Assembly (NCBI GenBank): GCA_964016885.1
Contig: OZ024744.1
Location: forward strand, 65,658,001-65,722,000
Direction of reading: 5' to 3'
Source of the DNA: Eledone cirrhosa
Lineage: Eukaryota
Length of the DNA stretch: 64,000 nucleotides
In this document: positions 50,401 through 61,988 of the stretch, in pieces
How positions within the stretch are numbered: position 1 is the first letter of the stretch
How the letters are laid out: the number at the start of each line of letters is the position of its first letter
Program-made: the position numbers and the translations under genes
Notes under the pieces: generated by a model
Databases searched by the model: none
What the model saw: only the letters and a program-made list of their open reading frames with translations
What the model was told of the DNA's origin: nothing

Positions 50401-53400
50401 TAGTGGTGGTGGTGTTAGTGGTGGTTGTGTTAGTGGTGGTGGTGTTAGTGGTGGTTGTGTTAGTGGTGGTCGTGTTAGTGGTGGTGGTGTTAGTGGTGGT
50501 TGTGTTAGTGGTGGTGGTGTTAGTGGTGGTTGTGTTAGTGGTGGTTGTGTTAGTGGTGGTCGTGTTAGTGGTGGTCGTGTTAGTGGTGGTCGTGTTAGTG
50601 GTGGTCGTGTTAGTGGTGGTCGTGTTAGTGGTGGTCGTGTTAGTGGTGGTTGTGTTAGTGGTGGTGGTGTTAGTGGTGGTGGAGTTAGTGGTGGTCGTGT
50701 TAGTGGTGGTCGTGTTAGTGGTGGTCGTGTTAGTGGTGGTCGTGTTAGTGGTGGTGGTGGTGGTGGTGGTGTTAGTGGTGGTGGTGTTAGTGGTGGTCGT
50801 GTTAGTGGTGGTCGTGTTAGTGGTGGTTGTGTTAGTGGTGGTTGTGTTAGTGGTGGTTGTGTTATTGGTGGTGGAGTTAGTGGTGGTCGTGTTAGTGGTG
50901 GTCGTGTTAGTGGTGGTGGTGTTAGTGGTGGTGGTGGTGGTGGTGGTGTTAGTGGTGGTGGTGTTAGTGGTGGTCGTGTTAGTGGTGGTCGTGTTAGTGG
51001 TGGTCGTGTTAGTGGTGGTGGTGGTGGTGGTGTTAGTGGTGGTGGTGTTAGTGGTGGTGGTGTTAGTGGTGGTTGTGTTAGTGGTGGTCGTGTTAGTGGT
51101 GGTGGTGTTAGTGGTGGTGGTGTTAGTGGTGGTGGTGTTAGTGGTGGTCGTGTTAGTGGTGGTTGTGTTATTGGTGGTGGTGTTAGTGGTGGTGGTGTTA
51201 GTGGTGGTTGTGTTAGTGGTGGTTGTGTTATTGGTGGTGGTGTTAGTGGTGGTCGTGTTAGTGGTGGTTGTGTTAGTGGTGGTGGTGTTAGTGGTGGTCG
51301 TGTTAGTGGTGGTTGTGTTAGTGGTGGTTGTGTTAGTGGTGGTTGTGTTAGTGGTGGTGGTGTTAGTGGTGGTGGTGTTAGTGGTGGTGGTGTTAGTGGT
51401 GGTTGTGTTAGTGGTGGTGGAGTTAGTGGTGGTGGTGTTAGTGGTGGTGGTGTTAGTGGTGGTTGTGTTAGTGGTGGTTGTGTTATTGGTGGTGGTGTTA
51501 GTGGTGGTGGTGTTAGTGGTGGTGGTGTTAGTGGTGGTGGTGTTAGTGGTGGTCGTGTTAGTGGTGGTCGTGTTAGTGGTGGTTGTGTTAGTGGTGGTTG
51601 TGTTAGTGGTGGTTGTGTTAGTGGTGGTGGTGTTAGTGGTGGTGGTGTTAGTGGTGGTGGTGTTAGTGGTGGTGGTGGTGGTGTTAGTGCTGGTGGTGTT
51701 AGTGGTGGTCGTGTTAGTGGTGGTTGTGTTAGTGGTGGTTGTGTTAGTGGTGGTTGTGTTAGTGGTGGTGGTGTTAGTGGTGGTGGTGTTAGTGGTGGTG
51801 GTGTTAGTGGTGGTGGTGGTGGTGTTAGTGGTGGTGGTGTTAGTGGTGGTCGTGTTAGTGGTGGTCGTGTTAGTGGTGGTTGTGTTAGTGGTGGTTGTGT
51901 TATTGGTGGTGGTGTTATTGGTGGTGGTGTTATTGGTGGTGGTGTTAGTGGTGGTGGTGTTAGTGGTGGTGGTGTTAGTGGTGGTGGTGTTAGTGGTGGT
52001 GGTGTTAGTGGTGGTGGTGTTAATGGTGGTGGTGGTGGTGGTGGCGTTAGTGCTGGTGGTGTTAGTGGTGGTCGTGTTAGTGGTGGTTGTGTTAGTGGTG
52101 GTTGTGTTAGTGGTGGTTGTGTTAGTGGTGGTTGTGTTATTGGTGGTGGAGTTAGTGGTGGTCGTGTTAGTGGTGGTCGTGTTAGTGGTGGTGGTGGTGG
52201 TGGAGTTAGTGGTGGTCGTGTTAGTGGTGGTGGTGTTAGTGGTGGTCGTGGTGGTGGTGGTTGTGTTAGTGGTGGTGGTGGTGTTAGTGGTGGTCGTGTT
52301 AGTGGTGGTTGTGTTAGTGGTTGTTGTGGTGGTAGAGTTAGTGGTGGTGGTGGTGTTAGTGGTGGTTGTGTTAGTGGTGGTGGTGTTAGTGGTGGTTGTG
52401 TTAGTGGTGGTGGTGGTGTTAGTGGTGGTCGTGTTAGTGGTGGTTGTGTTAGTGGTTGTTGTGGTGGTAGAGTTAGTGGTGGTGGTGGTGTTAGTGGTGG
52501 TTGTGTTAGTGGTGGTTGTGTTTGTGGTGGTTGTGTTAGTGGTGGTTGTGTTAGTGGTGGTTGTGTTTGTGGTGGTTGTGTTAGTGGTGGTTGTGTTAGT
52601 GGTGGTTGTGTTAGTGGTGGTGGTGTTAGTGGTGGTGGTGGTGGTGGTTGTTGTGGTGGTAGAGTTAGTGGTGGTGGTGGTGTTAGTGGTGGTCGTGTTA
52701 GTGGTGGTCGTGTTAGTGGTGGTTGCGTTAGTGGTGGTTGTGTTAGTGGTGACGTTAGTGGTGGTGGCATTAGTGGTGGTGGCGTTGGTGGGTGTGTTAG
52801 TGGCGGTAGTGGTGGTGGTGGTGGTATTAGTGGTGGTTGTGTTAGTGGTGGTGGTGTTAATGGTAGGTGTGTTAGTGATGGTGGCGTTAGTGGTGGTGGT
52901 GTTAGTGGTGGTGGCGTTAGTGGTGGTGGTGTTAGTGTTAGTGGTGGTGGCGTTAGTGGTGGTGGTGTTAGTGTTAGTGGTGGTTGCGTTAGTGGTGGTC
53001 GTGTTAGTGGTGGTGGTCGTGCTAGTGGCGCTGGTGTTAGTGGTGCTAGTGTTAATGGTGGTGTTAGTGGTGTTTGTGTTAATGGTGGTTGTGTTAATGG
53101 TGGTTGTGTTAGTGGTGGTTGTGTTAGTGGTGGTTGTGTTAGTGGTGGTTGTGGTGGTGGTGTTGGTGTTAGTGGTGGCTGTGTTAGTGGTGGTGGTGTT
53201 AGTGGTGGTTGTGTTAGTGGTGGTTGTGTTAGTGGTGGTGGTGGTGGTGGTGTTAGTGGTGGTTGTGTTAGTGGTGGTTGTGTTAGTGGTGTTTGTGTTA
53301 GTGGTGGTTGTGTTAGTGGTGGTTGTGTTAGTTGTGGTTGTGTTAGTGGTGGTTGTGTTAGTGGTGGTCGTGTTAGTGGTGGTGGTGGTGGTGGTGGTGT

Positions 53401-56400
53401 TAGTGGTGGTCGTGTTAGTGGTGGTTGTGTTAGTGGTGGTTGTGTTAGTGGTGGTTGTGTTATTGGTGGTGGAGTTAGTGGTGGTGGAGTTAGTGGTGGT
53501 TGTGTTAGTGGTGGTTGTGTTATTGGTGGTGGTGTTAGTGGTGGTCGTGTTAGTGGTGGTTGTGTTAGTGGTGGTGGTGTTAGTGGTGGTTGTGTGAGTG
53601 GTGGTTGTGTTATTGGTGGTGGAGTTAGTGGTGGTCGTGTTAGTGGTGGTTGTGTTAGTGGTGGTTGTGTTAGTGGTGGTTGTGTTAGTGGTGGTGGTGT
53701 TAGTGGTGGTTGTGTTAGTGGTGGTTGTGTTAGTGGTGGTTGTGTTAGTGGTGGTGGTGTTAGTGGTGGTCGTGTTAGTGGTGGTCGTGTTAGTGGTGGT
53801 AGTGTTAGTGGTGGTAGTGTTAGTGGTGGTGGTGTTAGTGGTGGTTGTGTTAGTGGTGGTTGTGTTAGTGGTGGTTGTGTTAGTGGTGGTTGTGTTAGTG
53901 GTGGTGGTGTTAGTGGTGGTTGTGTTAGTGGTGGTTGTGTTAGTGGTGGTTGTGTTAGTGGTGGTGGTGTTAGTGGTGGTTGTGTTAGTGGTGGTTGTGT
54001 TAGTGGTGGTTGTGTTAGTGGTGGTTGTGTTAGTGGTGGTCGTGTTAGTGGTGGTGGTGGTGGTGGTGGTGTTAGTGGTGGTGGTGTTAGTGGTGGTCGT
54101 GTTAGTGGTGGTTGTGTTAGTGGTGGTTGTGTTAGTGGTGGTTGTGTTATTGGTGGTGGAGTTAGTGGTGGTGGAGTTAGTGGTGGTGGAGTTAGTGGTG
54201 GTCGTGTTAGTGGTGGTCGTGTTAGTGGTGGTCGTGTTAGTGGTGGTCGTGTTAGTGGTGGTCGTGTTAGTGGTGGTCGTGTTAGTGGTGGTGGTGTTAG
54301 TGGTGGTTGTGTTAGTGGTGGTGGTGTTAGTGGTGGTTGTGTTAGTGGTGGTTGTGTTAGTGGTGGTCGTGTTAGTGGTGGTGGTGGTGGTGGTGGTGTT
54401 AGTGGTGGTGGTGTTAGTGGTGGTCGTGTTAGTGGTGGTTGTGTTAGTGGTGGTTGTGTTAGTGGTGGTTGTGTTATTGGTGGTGGAGTTAGTGGTGGTG
54501 GAGTTAGTGGTGGTGGAGTTAGTGGTGGTCGTGTTAGTGGTGGTCGTGTTAGTGGTGGTCGTGTTAGTGGTGGTCGTGTTAGTGGTGGTCGTGTTAGTGG
54601 TGGTCGTGTTAGTGGTGGTGGTGTTAGTGGTGGTTGTGTTAGTGGTGGTGGTGTTAGTGGTGGTTGTGTTAGTGGTGGTCGTGTTAGTGGTGGTGGTGTT
54701 AGTGGTGGTTGTGTTAGTGGTGGTGGTGTTAGTGGTGGTTGTGTTAGTGGTGGTTGTGTTAGTGGTGGTCGTGTTAGTGGTGGTCGTGTTAGTGGTGGTC
54801 GTGTTAGTGGTGGTCGTGTTAGTGGTGGTCGTGTTAGTGGTGGTCGTGTTAGTGGTGGTTGTGTTAGTGGTGGTGGTGTTAGTGGTGGTGGAGTTAGTGG
54901 TGGTCGTGTTAGTGGTGGTCGTGTTAGTGGTGGTCGTGTTAGTGGTGGTCGTGTTAGTGGTGGTGGTGGTGGTGGTGGTGTTAGTGGTGGTGGTGTTAGT
55001 GGTGGTCGTGTTAGTGGTGGTCGTGTTAGTGGTGGTTGTGTTAGTGGTGGTTGTGTTAGTGGTGGTTGTGTTATTGGTGGTGGAGTTAGTGGTGGTCGTG
55101 TTAGTGGTGGTCGTGTTAGTGGTGGTGGTGTTAGTGGTGGTGGTGGTGGTGGTGGTGTTAGTGGTGGTGGTGTTAGTGGTGGTCGTGTTAGTGGTGGTCG
55201 TGTTAGTGGTGGTCGTGTTAGTGGTGGTCGTGTTAGTGGTGGTGGTGGTGGTGGTGTTAGTGGTGGTGGTGTTAGTGGTGGTGGTGTTAGTGGTGGTTGT
55301 GTTAGTGGTGGTCGTGTTAGTGGTGGTCGTGTTAGTGGTGGTGGTGTTAGTGGTGGTGGTGTTAGTGGTGGTGGTGTTAGTGGTGGTCGTGTTAGTGGTG
55401 GTTGTGTTAGTGGTGGTGGTGTTAGTGGTGGTGGTGTTAGTGGTGGTTGTGTTAGTGGTGGTTGTGTTATTGGTGGTGGTGTTAGTGGTGGTGGTGTTAG
55501 TGGTGGTGGTGTTAGTGGTGGTGGTGTTAGTGGTGGTGGTGTTAGTGGTGGTCGTGTTAGTGGTGGTTGTGTTAGTGGTGGTTGTGTTAGTGGTGGTTGT
55601 GTTAGTGGTGGTGGTGTTAGTGGTGGTGGTGTTAGTGGTGGTGGTGTTAGTGGTGGTGGTGGTGGTGGTGGTGTTAGTGCTGGTGGTGTTAGTGGTGGTC
55701 GTGTTAGTGGTGGTTGTGTTAGTGGTGGTTGTGTTAGTGGTGGTTGTGTTAGTGGTGGTGGTGTTAGTGGTGGTGGTGTTAGTGGTGGTGGTGTTAGTGG
55801 TGGTGGTGGTGGTGGTGGTGTTAGTGGTGGTCGTGTTAGTGGTGGTCGTGTTAGTGGTGGTCGTGTTAGTGGTGGTTGTGTTAGTGGTGGTTGTGTTATT
55901 GGTGGTGGTGTTATTGGTGGTGGTGTTAGTGGTGGTGGTGTTAGTGGTGGTGGTGTTAGTGGTGGTGGTGTTAGTGGTGGTGGTGTTAGTGGTGGTGGTG
56001 TTAATGGTGGTGGTGGTGGTGGTGGCGTTAGTGCTGGTGGTGTTAGTGGTGGTCGTGTTAGTGGTGGTTGTGTTAGTGGTGGTTGTGTTAGTGGTGGTTG
56101 TGTTAGTGGTGGTTGTGTTATTGGTGGTGGAGTTAGTGGTGGTCGTGTTAGTGGTGGTCGTGTTAGTGGTGGTGGTGGTGGTGGAGTTAGTGGTGGTCGT
56201 GTTAGTGGTGGTGGTGTTAGTGGTGGTTGTGGTGGTGGTGGTTGTGTTAGTGGTGGTGGTGGTGTTAGTGGTGGTCGTGTTAGTGGTGGTTGTGTTAGTG
56301 GTTGTTGTGGTGGTAGAGTTAGTGGTGGTGGTGGTGTTAGTGGTGGTTGTGTTAGTGGTGGTGGTGTTAGTGGTGGTTGTGTTAGTGGTGGTGGTGGTGT

Positions 56401-59120
56401 TAGTGGTGGTCGTGTTAGTGGTGGTTGTGTTAGTGGTTGTTGTGGTGGTAGAGTTAGTGGTGGTGGTGGTGTTAGTGGTGGTTGTGTTAGTGGTGGTTGT
56501 GTTTGTGGTGGTTGTGTTAGTGGTGGTTGTGTTAGTGGTGGTTGTGTTTGTGGTGGTTGTGTTAGTGGTGGTTGTGTTAGTGGTGGTTGTGTTAGTGGTG
56601 GTGGTGTTAGTGGTGGTGGTGGTGGTGGTTGTTGTGGTGGTAGAGTTAGTGGTGGTGGTGGTGTTAGTGGTGGTCGTGTTAGTGGTGGTCGTGTTAGTGG
56701 TGGTTGCGTTAGTGGTGGTTGTGTTAGTGGTGACGTTAGTGGTGGTGGCATTAGTGGTGGTGGCGTTGGTGGGTGTGTTAGTGGCGGTAGTGGTGGTGGT
56801 GGTGGTATTAGTGGTGGTTGTGTTAGTGGTGGTGGTGTTAATGGTAGGTGTGTTAGTGATGGTGGCGTTAGTGGTGGTGGTGTTAGTGGTGGTGGCGTTA
56901 GTGGTGGTGGTGTTAGTGTTAGTGGTGGTGGCGTTAGTGGTGGTGGTGTTAGTGTTAGTGGTGGTTGCGTTAGTGGTGGTCGTGTTAGTGGTGGTGGTCG
57001 TGCTAGTGGCGCTGGTGTTAGTGGTGCTAGTGTTAATGGTGGTGTTAGTGGTGTTTGTGTTAATGGTGGTTGTGTTAATGGTGGTTGTGTTAGTGGTGGT
57101 TGTGTTAGTGGTGGTTGTGTTAGTGGTGGTTGTGGTGGTGGTGTTGGTGTTAGTGGTGGCTGTGTTAGTGGTGGTGGTGTTAGTGGTGGTTGTGTTAGTG
57201 GTGGTTGTGTTAGTGGTGGTGGTGGTGGTGGTGTTAGTGGTGGTTGTGTTAGTGGTGTTTGTGTTAGTGGTGGTTGTGTTAGTGGTGGTTGTGTTAGTTG
57301 TGGTTGTGTTAGTGGTGGTTGTGTTAGTGGTGGTTGTGGTGGTGGTGTTAGTGGTGTTGGTGTTAGTGGTGGCTGTGTAAGTGGTGGCTGTGTAAGTGGT
57401 GGCTGTGTAAGTGGTGGTTGTGTTAGTGGTGGTTGTGTTAGTGGTGGTTGTGTTAGTGGTGGTTGTGTTAGTTGTGGTTGTGTTAGTGGTGGTTGTGTTA
57501 GTTGTGGTTGTGTTAGTGGTGGTGGTGTTAATGGTGGTTGTGGTGGTGGTGTTAGTGGTGTTGGTGTTAGTGGTGGCTGTGTAAGTGGTGGCTGTGTAAG
57601 TGGTGGTTGTGTTAGTGGTGGTTGTGTTAGTTGTGGTTGTGTTAGTGGTGGTGGTGTTAGTGGTGGTGGTGTTAGTGGTGGTGGTGTTAGTGGTGGTGGT
57701 GGTGGTGGTGGTGTTAGTGGTGGTTGTGTTAGTGGTGGTTGTGTTAGTGGTGGTCGTGTTAGTGGTGGCTGTGTTAGTGGTGGCTGTGTTAGTGGTGGCT
57801 GTGTTAGTGGTGGTGGTGTTAATGGTGGTTGTGTTAGTGGTGTTGTGTTAGTGGTTGTTGTGTTAATGGTGGTGGTTGTGTTAGTGGTGGCTGTGTTAGT
57901 GGTGGTGTTAGTGGTGGTTGTGTTAGTGGTGGCGTTAGTGGTGGCGTTAGTGGTGGTTGTGTTAGTAGTGGTGGCATTAGTGGTGGTGGCGTTGGTGGGT
58001 GTGTTAGTGGTGGTGGCGTTGGTGGTGGTGGTATTAATGGTAGGTGTGTTCGTGATGGTGGCGTTAGTAGTGGTGGCGTTAGTGGTGGTGGTGTTAGTGT
58101 TAGTGGTGGTGGCGTTAGTGGTGGTGGTGGCGTTAGTGGTGGTGGTGTTAGTGTTAGTGGTGGTTGTGTTAGTGGTGGTTGTGTTAGTGGTGGTTGTGTT
58201 AGTGGTGGTTGTGTTAGTGGTGGTTGTGTTAGTGGTGGTTGTGTTAGTGGTGGTGGTGTTAGTGGTGGTGGTGTTAGTGGTGGTGGTGTTAGTGGTGGTG
58301 GTGTTAATGGTGGTGTTCGTGGTGGTGGCATTAGTGCTGGTGGTTAGTGCTGGTTGTGATGGTGGTGTTAGTGGTGGTGGTGGTGGCTGTGGTTGTGGAG
58401 GTTGTGTTAGTGGTGGTTGTGTTAGTGGTGGTTGTGTTAGTGGTGGTTGTGTTTGTGGTGTTGTGGTGGTTGTGTTAGTGGTGGTGGTGGTGTTAGTGGT
58501 GTCTGTGGTGGTGGTGTAAGTCGTGTTAGTGGTGTTGGTGTTAGTGGTGGTGGTGTTAGTGGTGTTGTGTTGTTGGTGTTAGTGGTGTTGGTGTTAGTGG
58601 TGTTGGTGTTAGTGGTGGTGGTGTTAGTGGTGGTGGTGTTAGTGGTGGTGGTGTTAGTGGTGGTGGTTTTAGTGGTGGTGGTGTTAGTGGTGTTGTGTTA
58701 ATGGTGGTGGTGTTAGTGGTGTTGTGTTAATGGTGGTGGTGTTAGTGGTGGCTGTGTTAGTGGTGGTGGTTTTAGTGGTGAAGTTAGTGGTGGTGGTGGT
58801 GTTAGTGGTGGTGGTGGTGGTGTTAGTGGTGGTCGTGTTAGTGGTGGTGGTGTTAGTGGTGGTGTTAGTGGTGGTTGTGTTAGTGGTGGTTGTGTTAGTT
58901 GTGGTTGTGTTAGTGGTGGTGGTGTAAGTGGTGTTAGTGGTGGTTGTGTTAGTGGTGGTGGTGTAAGTGGTGTTAGTGGTGGTTGTGTTAGTGGTGGTGG
59001 TGTAAGTGGTGTTAGTGGTGGTTGTGTTAGTGGTGGTGGTGTAAGTGGTGTTAGTGGTGGTTGTGTTAGTGGTGGTGGTGTAAGTGGTGTTAGTGGTGGT
59101 TGTGTTAGTGGTGGTGTTAG
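47412..59120. repeat. 11.7-kb satellite, 15-bp unit GTTAGTGGTGGT(G/T/C)GT, with a ~4-kb higher-order duplication
   Basis: Direct inspection. Unique variant GACGTTAGTGGTGGTGGCATTAG occurs at 52751 and 56732 (offset 3981). Confidence 0.97.
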
Positions 59121-59159
59121 ACTTGTTGCGAAACAATGACAATTTTGATGCTGTAAATA

Positions 59160-59540
59160 AGTGTTTCTACTTTAAGCACAATTTGAAGGAAAGGGGAAAG
59201 TCAATTAACCCTTTAGCATTTAAACCAGCCATATCCGGCCTGAATTTTCTCACCTCTTTCTGTTGAAACTGGCCGTAACTGGCTGCTCATACTTTTGTTA
59301 AAGTATTGTTCTCAAAATAAATAATATCAAAATCTCATAGATTCAATATTATGTCAGATATTATGTAAGATAAAGCCTTTACAATGAAAATACAATAGTA
59401 AATATAGGGTAATGTAAATGCTAACGGGTTAAATTGACCCCACTGCATTAATGGTTTTTTATTTTATCAACCCCGTAAAGATGAAAGGCAAAGCTAACCT
59501 CGCTGGGATTTGAACTCAGAACGTAAAGGGCTGTAACTAA
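59160..59540 (-). mobile_element. Nin-domain-like SINE interrupted by a MITE
   Basis: The halves GGAAAGTCAA|TTAA and TTAA|ATTGACCCC rejoin to the uninterrupted motif seen at ~32965 and ~37160. Confidence 0.8.
59209..59428. mobile_element. piggyBac-type MITE with demonstrable TTAA target-site duplication
   Basis: TTAA 59205-08 and 59429-32; TIR CCCTTTAGCATTTA / TAAATGCTAACGGG. Confidence 0.9.
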
Positions 59541-59689
59541 TGAAACCTACTGTCTATCTCACTGACTGAGACTGACTATTGTGAACCTAGGCAGCAGAAG
59601 TGACAACACTAAGAATATGAAAGCAAGGAAAGCATCTCAGGGTCAGTCTCCTTAGTGCCTACTTTATTTTGAGAACCTCTGGATTAGAT

Positions 59690-61085
59690 GATGTTAGGGT
59701 TTGTGCCCAGATAGCATACCACTAATGTCCTTTTCTTAGAGAGGCAACTTCTTGTGGTTGTTAAGAAACAGAAAGATCTGTACTAGTCATGTACAGAGAT
59801 GTTGTCAACAAGGTAAGGGTTAGCAATGAGTACAGTGGTGAATTTGGCATAGAGATTTAATCAAGATTTAATTCTCTGCTCTGTCCTGTTTATTATAGCC
59901 CTCCGGGCCATAGCATAGAAGTTTAAGACTGTTCATGGAAATTACTGTAGGCGGATGACCTAATCCTTATAGGAGAATCTTAGTAGAGAAATTCTAGACT
60001 TGAAAACAAAACCTGGAATTGACAGGATGAAAGGCAATGTTGACCTCAGTGGGATCTGACCTCAGAGTATAGAGAACAAATACTGAAGCCTTTTATAATC
60101 TGATGCTCTAACAATTCATAATGTTATTTAGTGTGCATTAATGATGAATCACAATCGAGCTTGAAAGAGAAAAATTATATATAAAAGGAATCAAACGTAA
60201 TGTGCAAGTCAGAAGACTGTTATGATACAGATGCGGGATGTGTAAGGAGGATGGTAGCTACAGAAAGAAGTGCCAAGAGCTCCAAGTGGATGGAACTTGT
60301 GGGTGAGGGGAAACAAAGGAAGACATGGGAAGAAGTAGTGAAAGCTGATCTGATGAGCTGGAACCTCAAGAAGATAACAAGGGACCAACTCAAGAGTTGG
60401 CATGCTGTGCTAGAGAATAACAGCGATCCAACCAATGCAAGTTTGGAAAAACAAACAAAATTTATGACACATTTTGTGAGGGTGTATTTTTGGAGAGTGT
60501 ACACATGAAGAGTTTATGAGGATTAGTATATACACATTTAGTATATACACATTTTTGGAGGGTGTACACATGAAGAGTTTATGAGGATTAGTATATGTGA
60601 TAGAAAGTGAGGAAGAGGGAAGTTATGAATATATGGATACCATTGGATTAATATAAGATGCAGCAACAAGAGTTTATGTGGGACAGGCCCTATTCAGCAC
60701 AGCATCTCTCCTCTTGTCACGGTACTTCGTCATCTCCTCCGTGAGCTTCAGCAATCTGAGGTCTGCTCTCACCACCTCCTCCCATGGTTTTCATGGTCTT
60801 CCTCTACTGCATCTTCCTTCTACTGGGATTTCTTGGCACTTCTTTACCCAGCGGTCACATGTCCATACCATCGCAGTCTTCTCTCTCGCACACCACAACT
60901 TATACACAGTTTCTCTCTCAACTCATCTATGCTTGGTCATTCACGCACATTGACATTGCATATCCAACGGAGCATACTTGCTTCATTTCTCTCCAGCCGT
61001 CACATATCCTCCGGAGTTGCTGCCCATGTCTCACTACCATGCAGCATCATGCATCTCGCACAGACATCATATAACCGGCCTTTCA
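59690..61085. mobile_element. Decayed RTE fragments: 59690-60460 (+, split by a SINE piece) and 60690-61085 (-)
   Basis: MYRDVVNKVRVSNEYSGEF, WKLL*ADDL, GKQRKTWEEVVKADL; minus strand MMLHGSETW. Confidence 0.7.
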
Positions 61086-61747
61086 TTTGTTGGGGATACA
61101 TACATCTGGGGAATGCGCAGCCATTTACATGTTAATGTCTAGAGCAGGCTTTATAATGTTTTTTACGCATTAGTAAGTTATTTGTAATATTATCTAAAAA
61201 TAAAGGATAAAACACAATTTATACAAAAAAAGAGGGAAATAAAGGGGAAAAAGTTGGAGAAGACCTATACGCTCAATCACACACCACAACAAAGAGCACT
61301 GAAGTTTCCCTCTAATAACTTTTGAGGCAAGCCAACTCACAACATGTCTGCAAGGCTACAGTGCAGGAATAGTCAAGCACTCTGACCAGGAACAGTATCT
61401 GATACATTAATAAAGCATGCTGCCAACAATGACAAGAACCTTAATGTCAGTGACCCAGCTCCAACAAATCTCTTGAACACGACAAGGCAGGTTTCACATG
61501 TGCAGTAGGAGAGTGAGTTACAAAAGACATGGATCGACGCTGATATAATCTATAAATATCTAAACTTGTATACACTACAACATTATCTAAACTTGTATAT
61601 ACTACAACATTATTTCATGCTATATTTTTTTTTATTTTACTTTATAGGTTAAAGTAATTCTTGTGTAATCTTGCTGATGTGTGGTTAACAGCAACAGCAG
61701 CAGCAGCAGCAGCACTGTCATATCGGCCTGCAATCACAAGCAATACC

Positions 61748-61922
61748 ATGTTCCATTCAGCTAATGTTCACATGGTCCAGAGGGCTCGACGCCCAAATGC
61801 ACTTCGCACATATTTTGCATCTTCATCCATTATTCCCAGTAAAGAACCATTTCGACGAGGTGTTTTATTCAGCACAGTGGCTGGAATCATATTGATCATT
61901 GGAGGATTATTAACATGGATGA
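61748..61922 (+). CDS. First coding exon of a probable membrane protein (exon 61648-61922; 58 aa, phase-1 intron)
   Basis: Poly-T tract and TTTATAG acceptor (61646-47). In-frame TAA upstream (61655). ACCATG start. Product MFHSANVHMVQRARRPNALRTYFASSSIIPSKEPFRR-GVLFSTVAGIILIIGGLLTWM has a basic flank plus TM helix. Donor GA|GTAAGT at 61923. Confidence 0.72.
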
Positions 61923-61988
61923 GTAAGTCAGAATTTTTTATATATAATTTTGCAATTAATTTCTTTCTTTCTTTTCTTCTAAAACAGA

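Noticed and set aside
47418-58519. Giant ORFs: poly-Val/Leu (2059 and 1260 aa), Pro-rich (2639 aa), Gly/Ser/Cys-rich (1641 aa)
   Set aside because: Alternative frames of one 15-mer satellite with starts inside the repeat and no unique domain; poly-Val is implausible. Only the Thr/Asn frame is kept, as a speculative finding.
47412-59120. Interstitial telomeric repeat
   Set aside because: The unit contains TTAGTGG, not TTAGGG, and has a 15-bp period; the resemblance is superficial.
60487-61612. Short local tandem duplications (45 bp at 60487/60552; ~26 bp at 61557-61612; also ~135 bp at 11545-11790)
   Set aside because: Ordinary slippage duplications with no further structure.
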